Shown: in pieces, positions 35,510-45,061 of the stretch | Layout of the letters: every line of letters starts with the position of its first letter | Numbering within the stretch: position 1 is the first letter of the stretch | NCBI GenBank assembly: GCA_947626095.1 | Contig: CANQQV010000007.1 | Location: 13,882 to 77,881, forward strand | Direction of reading: 5' to 3' | Origin: an uncultured Bacilli bacterium | GTDB lineage: Bacteria > Bacillota_I > Bacilli_A > RF39 > UBA660 | Length of the DNA: 64,000 bases | Made by a program: the position numbers and the translations under genes | The notes under the pieces: generated by a model | Told to the model about the DNA's origin: nothing | What the model saw: the letters and a program-made list of their open reading frames with translations, nothing else | Database searches by the model: none

Positions 35510-35827
35510 ATGGAATGGATACAATATGTCATAATATTAATAGCATTAATAATTATAACCTTAGTTATTATTAAATTGAAAAGTAAAGACTTTTCTTCAG
35601 AAGTAAATAAATTAATTAAATATTTAGGTGGTAAAGATAATATTATCAATGCTGAATGCAATATGTCACGTTTTAAAGTTATCTTAAAAGATACTTCGAT
35701 AGTTGATAAAGATTCTATTCAAAAACTAGGTGCTAAAGGTATCGTTGAAATCGATAATCAATTAAAGATTATCTTTGGTCGTGACGCCAAGCAACTAAAA
35801 GAATATATTAAAGACATTATAAAATAA
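35510..35827 (+). CDS. Membrane-anchored stand-alone PTS EIIB-like domain protein
   Basis: 105 aa. N-terminal TM then YLGGKDNIINAECNMSRFKVILKD..GAKGIVEIDNQLKIIFG, resembling the glucose-family EIIB fold (LGGxxNI..HCxTRLR..GV). RBS AGGTGA. Confidence 0.5.
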   Translation: MEWIQYVIILIALIIITLVIIKLKSKDFSSEVNKLIKYLGGKDNIINAECNMSRFKVILKDTSIVDKDSIQKLGAKGIVEIDNQLKIIFGRDAKQLKEYIKDIIK

Positions 35828-35836
35828 CCAATATGG

Positions 35837-36112
35837 TTATTTTTTTATTTCATAATCTATAATATCTTTAAAATAGATCTTTTCATTCCTTATATTAACA
35901 AAATAGTCATCCTTACATAAAACTAACTTTTCATCTTTCTTTCCATCTTTAGTATCGATAATTACATGTAATCTATTAACATAACCTCTATTATCAAATT
36001 CTTTCTTTAACTCACTAATATCTTTAGCTTTTCTTTCATTATAAACATACTCCGTATTATTCTTTATTTCTTTATCAATCTTATTAGCATAAACACTAGG
36101 TAATTTCATCAT
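35837..36112 (-). CDS. Hypothetical small protein
   Basis: About 91 aa from the ATG at 36112, preceded by the strong RBS AGGAGGA. The longer ORF-track start (36199) would overlap the divergent ftsW-like gene. Confidence 0.45.
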   Translation of the reverse strand: MMKLPSVYANKIDKEIKNNTEYVYNERKAKDISELKKEFDNRGYVNRLHVIIDTKDGKKDEKLVLCKDDYFVNIRNEKIYFKDIIDYEIKK

Positions 36113-36131
36113 ATTCCTCCTAACTAAGTAT

Positions 36132-37193
36132 ATGTATAAAACTAATATTTTTGCCAAATATATTAATATGAAAGCAATATTAAATAATAAATATTTCATC
36201 TTAATTCCGTTACTTATTTTAAATACTATCAGTCTTATCTACTTATTTAAAACTCCCTATTTTACTAAACAACTTATATTTATTCTTTTAAGTATTTCCC
36301 TTTTATTAATTAGTAGTAAACTAAACTATAAATTCATTAACAAATATAGTAAGTTCCTCTACTTACTTAGTATATTCCTTCTTATCCTTGTTCTTATTGT
36401 TGGTGAAGAAACTAAAGGTGCTAAAGCATGGCTTCATCTATCCAATATCTCTATTCAACCAAGTGAAATAGCTAAACTTACTCTAACCATCTATACTGCC
36501 TATTTAATTAATAAACATAAAAGTCTAATCTATCTTTTAATAATTACTTTAATCCCCTCTATTTTAACCTTCTTAGAACCTGATACAGGCGCAATAATCA
36601 TTTACCTTATTATTTTCCTATCATCCCTTAAATACTTTAAAATAAGTAAAAAAATCCTTATTTTCGCTTCTACCTTTATCCTACTATTTCTCCTATCACA
36701 TATCTCTTTATATTTTATCAACAAAGATCTTTTAATTAATATATATGGACCTAACTTACTATATCGTATTGATCGTCTTATATCTTTCCAAAATCACGAT
36801 AATATTCAATATACTAACTCCCTAATCTCTATCGGAGCTCACAAATTACTATATATTCCTGAAAACCATAATGACTTTATCTTCGCTGCTATCATCAGTA
36901 AATACAATATCCTTTCATTCAGTATTATCTTAATATCTTATTTCTTTATCTTCTACTACTATTTAACTAATTTAACTAAAAAAAATAATGTATCTAACAT
37001 TATTAACTTTATAATTTTAAATACATTATTATTTCAAGTCTTTTATAATATCTTCATGAATTTGTCTTTATTACCAATTATTGGTATACCATTACCATTT
37101 CTAAGTTATGGTGGTTCCTACTTAGTAACTTTATATATTTTAATCGGTTTATCTATTAATTTAAACATTAATCCTAATAGAAGAATGGATTAG
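36132..37193 (+). CDS. SEDS-family peptidoglycan glycosyltransferase (FtsW/RodA/SpoVE)
   Basis: 353 aa polytopic protein. IQPSEIAKL, LEPDTGAI, ENHNDFIFAAI and PLPFLSYGGS. The start is uncertain (36132 or the ATG at 36168). Confidence 0.8.
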   Translation: MYKTNIFAKYINMKAILNNKYFILIPLLILNTISLIYLFKTPYFTKQLIFILLSISLLLISSKLNYKFINKYSKFLYLLSIFLLILVLIVGEETKGAKAWLHLSNISIQPSEIAKLTLTIYTAYLINKHKSLIYLLIITLIPSILTFLEPDTGAIIIYLIIFLSSLKYFKISKKILIFASTFILLFLLSHISLYFINKDLLINIYGPNLLYRIDRLISFQNHDNIQYTNSLISIGAHKLLYIPENHNDFIFAAIISKYNILSFSIILISYFFIFYYYLTNLTKKNNVSNIINFIILNTLLFQVFYNIFMNLSLLPIIGIPLPFLSYGGSYLVTLYILIGLSINLNINPNRRMD

Positions 37194-37368
37194 GACCATA
37201 TCCTGGACCAGGTCCATAATAAGGACGATAAGGGTAAGGACCAGGTGTCGCTATAATTGGACGAGGACGACTTACTCCAACTGCCGCTCCACCTACTAAA
37301 GCTCCTGTAATAAATGGTAAAACAAACCCACCATAACGTCCATCACGTATATAAGTATTATAATACAT
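37174..37368 (-). CDS. Small Gly/Pro/Tyr-rich protein with a central hydrophobic segment
   Basis: 64 aa. MYYNTYIRDGRYGGFVLPFITGALVGGAAVGV..PGPYPYRPYYGPGPGYGPNPFFY. Good RBS AAGGAG. Convergently overlaps the ftsW-like 3' end by 20 nt. Confidence 0.5.
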   Translation of the reverse strand: MYYNTYIRDGRYGGFVLPFITGALVGGAAVGVSRPRPIIATPGPYPYRPYYGPGPGYGPNPFFY

Positions 37369-37414
37369 ATAAAAACTCCTTTCATTTTATTTTATGATAA
37401 GGAGTTTTTATATG

Positions 37415-38290
37415 TTATTTTCTTCTTAACTTTTTCATATAAGAACCTTGTGGAGCAAAAGGAATACTAAATGTTAACATATCATATTGTTGACTTAATT
37501 TATAAAGTTCATCTTGTAAATATACCCCTTTTTCTGTTGCACTTAAATTAGCCGCCAATTTTTTCATAAATACCGGTTCATGAATACCTAACATTTGAAA
37601 AATATCTTCAATTGTTATTATTTTTCCATCTATTGGGCTTCTTGTTCCTACTAAAGTCAAATCAATATTAAATACAACTAAAAACATTAGTATAGCCAAA
37701 CTAGTTTTATCAAGTTCACTCGTAAAATGACCAAAGCTATCATTATATTTTGGAACATCTATATATCTACTTTGATCTCCCAAAGATGTTGAAACAGAAA
37801 TTGACTTATCTTTTTTGCCAAACTGCATTCCATCATAATCAATAAATCTTAACGTTCCATTCGGTAAAACAATAATATTATCACAAGTACATAAATCTGG
37901 TATAACTATTCCTACTTTATTAGCTTTCATAACAATATCTTCTATCTTTTTATACAATTCATAATAATGATGTAAATCACTTCTCTCTTTTAAAGTAAAA
38001 GTATCATCATAATTATTTAAATCACTGCCAATAACTCTCTCCATTGTATAACCAACACATTCTTTTTGAAAATAAACAGCTGATATCGGTCTAACTATTT
38101 CACTTACCGTTTCCGCTCTTATATCTAGTATTTTTCTTTCATATGATGTACCTGCTAATTTACAAGCTTGTAAAACTAAAGGTGCAGCTACTTTTAAAAC
38201 TCTACCATCTTCTAAAGTATATATTTTAGAGCAATCCCCACTATGAATTAAACTTTCAGGTTTAAAACTATTTAATTGCATTTTCTGCAT
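37415..38290 (-). CDS. Protein-kinase-like fold protein (atypical)
   Basis: About 291 aa from the ATG at 38290 (RBS AAAGGGGGA). Contains GRVLKVAAP (VAIK-like Lys), IPDLCTCDNIIV (catalytic-loop-like) and RFIDYDGMQF (DFG-like). Confidence 0.45.
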   Translation of the reverse strand: MQKMQLNSFKPESLIHSGDCSKIYTLEDGRVLKVAAPLVLQACKLAGTSYERKILDIRAETVSEIVRPISAVYFQKECVGYTMERVIGSDLNNYDDTFTLKERSDLHHYYELYKKIEDIVMKANKVGIVIPDLCTCDNIIVLPNGTLRFIDYDGMQFGKKDKSISVSTSLGDQSRYIDVPKYNDSFGHFTSELDKTSLAILMFLVVFNIDLTLVGTRSPIDGKIITIEDIFQMLGIHEPVFMKKLAANLSATEKGVYLQDELYKLSQQYDMLTFSIPFAPQGSYMKKLRRK

Positions 38291-38352
38291 CTCAATTCCC
38301 CCTTTTAACAAGAGCTTATTCTATAAAAAATAGAGTAGCTTGTCAACCTACT

Positions 38353-39588
38353 CTATTTAAAAATTCCTAAGAATTGTTTTTTCTTACCTTTTCTAATTAC
38401 TAAGACTTTTCCCTCTATTGCCATGTCTTTTGTAATAATCATATTTTCATCAGTCATTTTTTCATTATTAATAGAAATAGCATTACTACTAAGCATTTCT
38501 CTAGCTTCTCTTCTTGAAGAACATATTTCGTTATCTACTAATAAATCAAGTAGTTTAACTTCTCCATTTAAATTAATAGAAGGTACCATCTTCATTCCTA
38601 ACATTATATCTTTAGCACTTAAACCATTTACATCCCCACTAAATAACGCTTGACTAATTTTCTCAGCTTTTTCATATTCTTCTTCGCCATGTAAATCAGT
38701 AATAATTGCTTTAGCTAAGGCCTTCTGTGCAATTCTCTTTTCTGGGCATTCTAAATGTTGTTTTTCTATTTCCATTATTTCATCAGGAGTTAAGAAAGTT
38801 AACATCTTTAAATATGTAATAATCATTGAATCTTCAAGTCCAATACAATATTGATACAATTCATAACTAGAAGTTTTATTTTTATCTAACCATAAAGCAT
38901 TACCTTCTGTCTTACCAAACTTCTTACCTTGTGAATCAGTAACTAAAGGCATTACCATACCATAAGCTTCTTTATCGAGCTTTTTACGAATTAATTCAAT
39001 ACCAGAAGTAATATTTCCCCATTGGTCAGAACCAGCTACTTGTAAAGTACAATCTCTATTTTCAAATAAATATAAGAAATCTAAAGCTTGTAATATCATA
39101 TAACTAAATTCAGCATATGTAATACCCGATTCTAATCTACTTTTTACTTTATCCTTAGCAAGCATATAACCTATATTAAAGAACTTACCATAATCTCTTA
39201 AGAAATCTAAAACATTAATATCCTTTGTCCAATCATAATTATTAACTACTTCAAAGCCAAAAATATCTTCCGCTTGTTTCTTTAAACCTTTAATATTATG
39301 TTCTACCTCTTCTTTTGTAATCATTGGTCTTTCAGCATTAGGTTTAGGATCTCCTATTAAACCAGTTGCTCCACCAACTAATAATATTGGATGGTGTCCA
39401 TGTTGTGCTAATCTTTTACTAATCAAAAATGATGAATAATGACCAATATGCATTGAATCAGCAGTTGGATCTGTTCCAATATAGAAAGTCATCCCACCTT
39501 TATTCAACTTATCAATTAGATCTGGACTACTAATATCCTGAACTAATCCACGCCATTTTAACTCATCATATAAAGTCATTTGTTCCAT
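38353..39588 (-). CDS. tyrS: Tyrosine--tRNA ligase
   Basis: About 411 aa from the ATG at 39588 (RBS AGAGGGA). HIGH motif (MHIGHYSS), KFGKT (KMSKS-type) and a C-terminal S4-like domain. The ORF-track N-terminal extension runs into the T-box terminator. Confidence 0.95.
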   Translation of the reverse strand: MEQMTLYDELKWRGLVQDISSPDLIDKLNKGGMTFYIGTDPTADSMHIGHYSSFLISKRLAQHGHHPILLVGGATGLIGDPKPNAERPMITKEEVEHNIKGLKKQAEDIFGFEVVNNYDWTKDINVLDFLRDYGKFFNIGYMLAKDKVKSRLESGITYAEFSYMILQALDFLYLFENRDCTLQVAGSDQWGNITSGIELIRKKLDKEAYGMVMPLVTDSQGKKFGKTEGNALWLDKNKTSSYELYQYCIGLEDSMIITYLKMLTFLTPDEIMEIEKQHLECPEKRIAQKALAKAIITDLHGEEEYEKAEKISQALFSGDVNGLSAKDIMLGMKMVPSINLNGEVKLLDLLVDNEICSSRREAREMLSSNAISINNEKMTDENMIITKDMAIEGKVLVIRKGKKKQFLGIFK

Positions 39589-39738
39589 ATTATCCCTCTT
39601 TCTAAAAATAAAAAAGTTCATAAATCTAAGGACGCTATAGCGCGGTACCACCTTAGTTTATGAACTTTATCATACACTTTATCTCTTAACGCGAGTTACG
39701 TTTTAGCTCCAGAGTCGTAAATTCCTTCATCGCTAATT
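39589..39738 (-). promoter_or_regulatory. T-box riboswitch leader of tyrS
   Basis: The minus strand carries the T-box sequence AAGGUGGUACCGCG (39641-39652). The antiterminator CUAAGG-bulge-..-CCUUAG competes with a long terminator AAGTTCATAAA.CTAAGG/CCTTAG.TTTATGAACTT plus a T-run (39604-39667). There is a single UAC triplet, at 39717-39719. Confidence 0.8.
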
Positions 39739-39745
39739 AATCTAA

Positions 39746-39773
39746 ATTATAACATTTAATTTTTATTTGTCAA
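39746..39773 (-). promoter_or_regulatory. Sigma-A promoter TTGACA-16-TATAAT (TG-extended) for the tyrS leader
   Basis: Minus strand reads TTGACA aataaaaattaaatgt TATAAT. The -35 overlaps the last codons of the upstream ORF. Confidence 0.6.
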
Positions 39774-41733
39774 ATATGCCACTTATCTTTTCGCCAATGC
39801 CTCTAAAGAAAGCACCTATTACTGCGAAATTAAAGTAAATTCGATAACCTAATAATCTTAAGATTAAATAGATTAAGATTAAGACTATAATAATTATAAT
39901 AATTATAATTAACCAAGTATTTTTACCTTTTTCTACTCCGTCAATAGAGATAGAATAAGTAACTGTATCACTTTCATCTGCTGAAGTACAAGTCAATTTA
40001 ATAATTGAACCAGAAGTTAAATCACTATTACCTTCTGTAACACAACGTGCATTCTCATCTATTTGTGTATACTGAATATCTAATTCCGTATCTCCTTTAT
40101 GTAATTTAATTCCATAATCATACTTACCAGTCTCAAATCCTATATCATCATAATCTTTAATAGTTAATGATGCTAAACCAGCTTCTGATCCTAATTCTTT
40201 TTTATCTTGTCTTGTAACATTAAGAACATACAATCTTGTAAAATCTGTACAATCTTTACTAGAAACTGTTACTTTTACTTCTCTAACAACTCCTACTTCT
40301 AAGCTTTCAGCACCTTCAACAACAACTGTATCTCCTTCTTCGTTAACATAAGCATTAACGATTAAATCTTGTACTTCATTAGGAACTTGAACATCATAAG
40401 TAAATACTTTAGAATCAAAATTTGTAATTTGATCTATTTCTATACCCTGTCTATCTGTCGCTAAATCAATTCCTTTTAATAAAGCTAATGAATCAATATC
40501 TGTTGTACATTTTGTTGGTGTATCTTCTCTAATTACTGTTATATTATAAACATTTGTCGAACCTTTTTGATTAACAACTTTAACATATATTTGATTAGTT
40601 CCCAATTGTAAATTATAAGTTTGTGGGCCATAGCCATTAGCAAAGCTTGAAGTATTATCCGTAAGTGTCGCCCCAACTGTAATTTGTTCAACATTATTAG
40701 CTACATTAACTGTGTAATTTGTTATATTACTTGCAAAAGCTGGAGTTAATGTTCCTTTATCAACAGTTAAATTAGATAAAGTATTAACATTACTTCGATT
40801 ATCAGCTCTTGTTACTACAATCTTGTAAGTTACAGTTTTATTAGCTGAATTCTTAACTTTAACTGATATTGTATTAGAACCATATTTAAGATTTACTGTT
40901 CTTGGTCCATAACCCGAAACAAATGAACTACCACTTTTTGCTGAGGCATCTACTCTAATAGAAGCAACATCAGCTCCAACTGATACCTTGTAAGATTTAG
41001 TTCCACTCTTAAATGATGGTGATAAAGAACCGCTACTAACTGATAATTTAGTTAATGAAGGAGCTGCAACAGTTGTTCCGCCACCGGAGCTACCGCCACC
41101 GCCGCTTCCGTTATCAGAACTCTTAACACAAGTACCTGAATAAACTTGCTTACAATATCTTTTATTAAATGTTCCTGTACCTACTTGTGTAGACTTACAA
41201 GTATCCGTAGTTGGTTTGCCGCCATTATCAGCTTGAATCTTATATCCACTTTTACATTCGGCAAAATTATTATTAGCATTAATATTAGCTTTTGATGGTG
41301 TTACAACCCTTGTTCCCCCAGACATACTAACTGTTGCACATCTTTCAACGGAAAACTTAGAAGTTAAACCAACTTGTAAACCATCAGTACAAGATGTTGT
41401 TACTTTGTAACTAGTATAGTAATAACCACCTGTCAATGTATTAAAAACCCAGAAATGATATGTTCCGTTTTTTAAACTTATCTGTGCTCTATTGGTATAT
41501 TTTACAGCCATACCAGTTTTTAACACATTAATTGCTGAATTTCTATCTTTTTTTGTATTGTAATAAAACGTTAAACTCTTATCTGTATATTTTCCAGAAT
41601 AAGTAATTGTTACAACATCCCCACTAGCTGAAGCACTGATACTATCTGCTTTTACTATTCCAAGGGGAATAACAAATAATATAAATATATATACTAGAAA
41701 ACGTAATTTTATTTTATTAATAGTTCTACCCAT
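39763..41733 (-). CDS. Surface protein with cadherin-like beta-sandwich repeats and a C-terminal TM anchor
   Basis: 656 aa. Signal peptide, Cys-rich region, a GGGGSSGGG linker, then repeated ~85-aa modules (LTKLSVSSGSLSPSFKSGTKSYKVSV.. and LSNLTVDKGTLTPAFASNITNYTVNV..) and C-terminal IIIIIIIVLILIYLIL. Confidence 0.65.
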   Translation of the reverse strand: MGRTINKIKLRFLVYIFILFVIPLGIVKADSISASASGDVVTITYSGKYTDKSLTFYYNTKKDRNSAINVLKTGMAVKYTNRAQISLKNGTYHFWVFNTLTGGYYYTSYKVTTSCTDGLQVGLTSKFSVERCATVSMSGGTRVVTPSKANINANNNFAECKSGYKIQADNGGKPTTDTCKSTQVGTGTFNKRYCKQVYSGTCVKSSDNGSGGGGSSGGGTTVAAPSLTKLSVSSGSLSPSFKSGTKSYKVSVGADVASIRVDASAKSGSSFVSGYGPRTVNLKYGSNTISVKVKNSANKTVTYKIVVTRADNRSNVNTLSNLTVDKGTLTPAFASNITNYTVNVANNVEQITVGATLTDNTSSFANGYGPQTYNLQLGTNQIYVKVVNQKGSTNVYNITVIREDTPTKCTTDIDSLALLKGIDLATDRQGIEIDQITNFDSKVFTYDVQVPNEVQDLIVNAYVNEEGDTVVVEGAESLEVGVVREVKVTVSSKDCTDFTRLYVLNVTRQDKKELGSEAGLASLTIKDYDDIGFETGKYDYGIKLHKGDTELDIQYTQIDENARCVTEGNSDLTSGSIIKLTCTSADESDTVTYSISIDGVEKGKNTWLIIIIIIIIVLILIYLILRLLGYRIYFNFAVIGAFFRGIGEKISGIFDK

Positions 41734-41838
41734 ACTAATCTATCCTATCTATTATTAATAATAACATTTTACCATTTATTTATCAAGAATATAAATATAA
41801 AATCGTCAATTAATAGAAAAAAGATAACAAGTATCCTT

Positions 41839-42792
41839 TTATGCTTTAGCAAATTCTAAATTGATATCAAAATTAGTAGCTTTCTTTTCTAACAAAGAAT
41901 CCTTATCGCCACTTTCAAACCATATATATACTCTTACTTTAGTAATCCCCTGTTGAATCATAAATAGACTTTGTTTATTCCTAAATTCCTTCTTTGTTAC
42001 AATATCTGAACTAATATTAGAAAAATTATTACTACTTTTTCGATCAATTATCTTAATTTTATTAAATTCACTATTTATTCCACGATAAGATATTACTTTA
42101 TCTTCTATATCTTCCCCGTAAACATCTTCTGTAATCTTTTTAGCTTCCTTAGTATGAACATCACTATTAGGTTCCCAAATAACCGCCTTTATTCCAGCAG
42201 CTAAACCCTGAATATCCTTCTTATCTGTACTACTAGTAGTTCCTTCTACCACAAAACCAATTCTAATCGCATTTTCTAAACCATTATCTTTCTTTTGCTT
42301 AACATACGAATTTTCCGTTAAAGCAATAGATTCTGGTTCTGAAGCTTCAAAAAACACATCAAACGCCATATAATAACTATCTTTACATTCTTTAGCAAAA
42401 CATCTATTATCTTTCTGTTTTTCACTACTTACATAATATTCTTTACCATCTTTTTCTAATATTTCATAATACATATCTAATCGACCATCACTAATGCCTC
42501 CACTAGTTGAAACACGTGATAAGACATCTGGTAATTGATTCCTACTTTTATAAATATCTGTTGTAACATTAAAACTATCTTTATTTAATTTTGTACCATA
42601 ATTAATCCCATCTGCTGATATCTTTAAATCATCTATAACACCAACACTTAAATCAATACTACTACTCATTCCTTTTATCTTTTTAACACATACAACACTT
42701 AAAACTACAAGTAATACTGCTATTAATACTAAACCGATGACTATTAATATTTTCAATGTTTTTTTTCTCGTTTTTCTTAAATTTTTTTTCAA
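41839..42792 (-). CDS. Membrane-anchored extracytoplasmic protein, unknown function
   Basis: 317 aa. Basic N-terminus plus a TM (ILIVIGLVLIAVLLVVLSVV). No recognised motif in the remainder. Confidence 0.4.
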   Translation of the reverse strand: MKKNLRKTRKKTLKILIVIGLVLIAVLLVVLSVVCVKKIKGMSSSIDLSVGVIDDLKISADGINYGTKLNKDSFNVTTDIYKSRNQLPDVLSRVSTSGGISDGRLDMYYEILEKDGKEYYVSSEKQKDNRCFAKECKDSYYMAFDVFFEASEPESIALTENSYVKQKKDNGLENAIRIGFVVEGTTSSTDKKDIQGLAAGIKAVIWEPNSDVHTKEAKKITEDVYGEDIEDKVISYRGINSEFNKIKIIDRKSSNNFSNISSDIVTKKEFRNKQSLFMIQQGITKVRVYIWFESGDKDSLLEKKATNFDINLEFAKA

Positions 42793-42885
42793 GATATCAC
42801 CTTCTTACCTTATACTTATAAGTATAATGCATTTAACTAAATATTTTCAACTATCTATTTTTTAGTATTAAAGAAAAAAAGGTAA

Positions 42886-45009
42886 TTATTCATTACCTTT
42901 TATATAAAATTCACCCTTATCATTAACATCTACTAAAACTTTTGAATTTTCTTTTATCGTTCCATCAATTAATTTCATGGCTAACAACGTTTCTAAATTA
43001 TCGGAAACATATCTCTTAATAGGACGTGCTCCAAAATTTTCATCATAAGCATTATTAATAACATACTCTGAAGCATCATCAGTTAAAGAAATAATAATTC
43101 CTTTATCTTTTAATCTTGCATTAATATCATTAATAATCTTATCTAATATCTTATAAACCACATCTTTACTTAAAGTCTTAAAGTAAACAATATCATCTAT
43201 TCTATTTAAAAATTCTGGTTTAAATGTTTTATGTAAATCTTTTTCAATTAATTCTTCCTTATTAGGTAAGTTCTCTAGGATATATTCACTACCTAAGTTA
43301 CTTGTCATAATAATAATGGTATTTTTAAAATCAACTGTTCTTCCTTGACTATCAGTTATTCTACCATCATCTAATATTTGTAATAATAAATTAAAGACAT
43401 CAGGATGTGCTTTTTCTATTTCATCAAATAAAACTATCGAATAAGGATTTCTTCTTACTGCTTCTGTAAGTTGTCCACCTTCGTCATAACCTATATAACC
43501 AGGCGCAGCACCTATTAATCTTGAAACATTAAAACTTTCCATATATTCTGACATATCAATTCTTATCATATGTCTTTCATCATCAAATAACTCATAAGCT
43601 AAAGTTCTCGCTACTTCTGTCTTACCAACACCCGTTGGACCTAAAAATAAGAATGAACCAATTGGACGATTAGGATCTTTAATTCCGGCACGACTACGAA
43701 TAATCGCATTAGATACTTTCTTTAAAACTTCATCTTGCCCAATTACTCTTTTTTTCATACTTTCTTCTAGTTTAAGTAATTTTTCTTTTTCTCCTTCAAC
43801 TAGTTTAGAAACCGGAACATTCGTCCATTTAGAAACTATCTGCGCAATATCTTCTTCCGTAACTGTATCACTTATTAAAACATTTTTATTATTCTTTTGT
43901 AAATCTTCTAGCTCACGTTCTAATCTCGGAATATCTCCATGACGTAATCTTGCTGCCGTATCCAAATCATAATTATTTTCGGCTTCTTTCAAACGATGTC
44001 TTAAACTTTCCAAAGTTTTCTTTGTCTCACTTATCTTATTATTAACTTCTTTTTCACTATTAAAATCTTCTTTTAACTTAGTCTCTTGTAATTTAAGATT
44101 ATAAAGTTCATCATCTATTTCTTGTAATCTCTTCTTACTTTGTTCATCTTTTTCTTTCTTTAAAGATTGCCTTTCGATTTCTAGTAGCATAATCTTTCTT
44201 GTTAACTTATCTAAACTAACTGGTACACTATCCATTTCAACTTTAATAGTCGCACAAGCTTCATCGATTAAATCGATTGCTTTATCAGGTAAATAACGAT
44301 CCGTAATATAACGATCAGATAAAGTCGCTGCGGCAATTAAAGCATGGTCTTTAATATTAACCCCATGATGAACTTCAAATCTTTCTTTTAAACCACGTAA
44401 AATAGCTATTGTATCAATAACACTTGGAGCTTTAACAATAATCTTTTGAAATCTTCTTTCTAGTGCTCCATCTTTTTCAATAAACTTACGATATTCATTT
44501 AATGTAGTCGCTCCAATACACTTAATCTCCCCACGGGCAAGCATTGGTTTAAGCATATTAGCTACATTCATTGTTCCTTCGCCTGAATCACCAACTATCA
44601 TATGTATTTCATCAATAAACATAATGATACTTCCATCAGAATCTTTAATTTTATTTAAAACAGCTTTTAATCTCTCTTCAAATTCACCACGGTATTTAGC
44701 ACCTGCTACTAAAGCTGCTAAATCAAGTCCCCATATTGTTTTATTCTTTAAACCATCAGGTACATCACCATTAACAATACGTAGTGCTAAACCTTCTACG
44801 ATGGCTGTCTTACCTACTCCAGGTTCCCCAATTAATACTGGATTATTCTTTGTTTTACGTGATAATATTCGCGTAATACTCCTTATTTCTTCATCTCTGC
44901 CAATAACCGGATCTATTTTATTTTCTTTAGCTGCCACCGTAATATCACGGCCATACTTAGCTAAAACATCCTCTTCTTCTTGTTGTGGCATATTATATCC
45001 ATAATTCAT
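42886..45009 (-). CDS. clpB: ClpB-type AAA+ disaggregase lacking the N-terminal domain
   Basis: 707 aa. Two Walker A motifs ([16 protein letters not shown]) and a long M-domain coiled coil between NBD1 subdomains. The sequence begins about 15 aa before the conserved [19 protein letters not shown] segment. Confidence 0.85.
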   Translation of the reverse strand: MNYGYNMPQQEEEDVLAKYGRDITVAAKENKIDPVIGRDEEIRSITRILSRKTKNNPVLIGEPGVGKTAIVEGLALRIVNGDVPDGLKNKTIWGLDLAALVAGAKYRGEFEERLKAVLNKIKDSDGSIIMFIDEIHMIVGDSGEGTMNVANMLKPMLARGEIKCIGATTLNEYRKFIEKDGALERRFQKIIVKAPSVIDTIAILRGLKERFEVHHGVNIKDHALIAAATLSDRYITDRYLPDKAIDLIDEACATIKVEMDSVPVSLDKLTRKIMLLEIERQSLKKEKDEQSKKRLQEIDDELYNLKLQETKLKEDFNSEKEVNNKISETKKTLESLRHRLKEAENNYDLDTAARLRHGDIPRLERELEDLQKNNKNVLISDTVTEEDIAQIVSKWTNVPVSKLVEGEKEKLLKLEESMKKRVIGQDEVLKKVSNAIIRSRAGIKDPNRPIGSFLFLGPTGVGKTEVARTLAYELFDDERHMIRIDMSEYMESFNVSRLIGAAPGYIGYDEGGQLTEAVRRNPYSIVLFDEIEKAHPDVFNLLLQILDDGRITDSQGRTVDFKNTIIIMTSNLGSEYILENLPNKEELIEKDLHKTFKPEFLNRIDDIVYFKTLSKDVVYKILDKIINDINARLKDKGIIISLTDDASEYVINNAYDENFGARPIKRYVSDNLETLLAMKLIDGTIKENSKVLVDVNDKGEFYIKGNE

Positions 45010-45033
45010 GATAATCCCTCCATATCAACCACC

Positions 45034-45061
45034 ATTATACTCTAAAATTAGCACTTGTCAA
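45034..45061 (-). promoter_or_regulatory. Sigma-A promoter TTGACA-16-TATAAT of clpB
   Basis: Minus strand reads TTGACA agtgctaattttagag TATAAT. The -35 lies inside the CIRCE spacer. Confidence 0.6.

Noticed and set aside
35416-35661. 81-aa minus-strand ORF between the CotZ-like and EIIB-like genes
   Set aside because: It overlaps the promoter, RBS and 5' half of the better-supported plus-strand EIIB-like ORF. It has no RBS and a low-complexity I/L/K translation.
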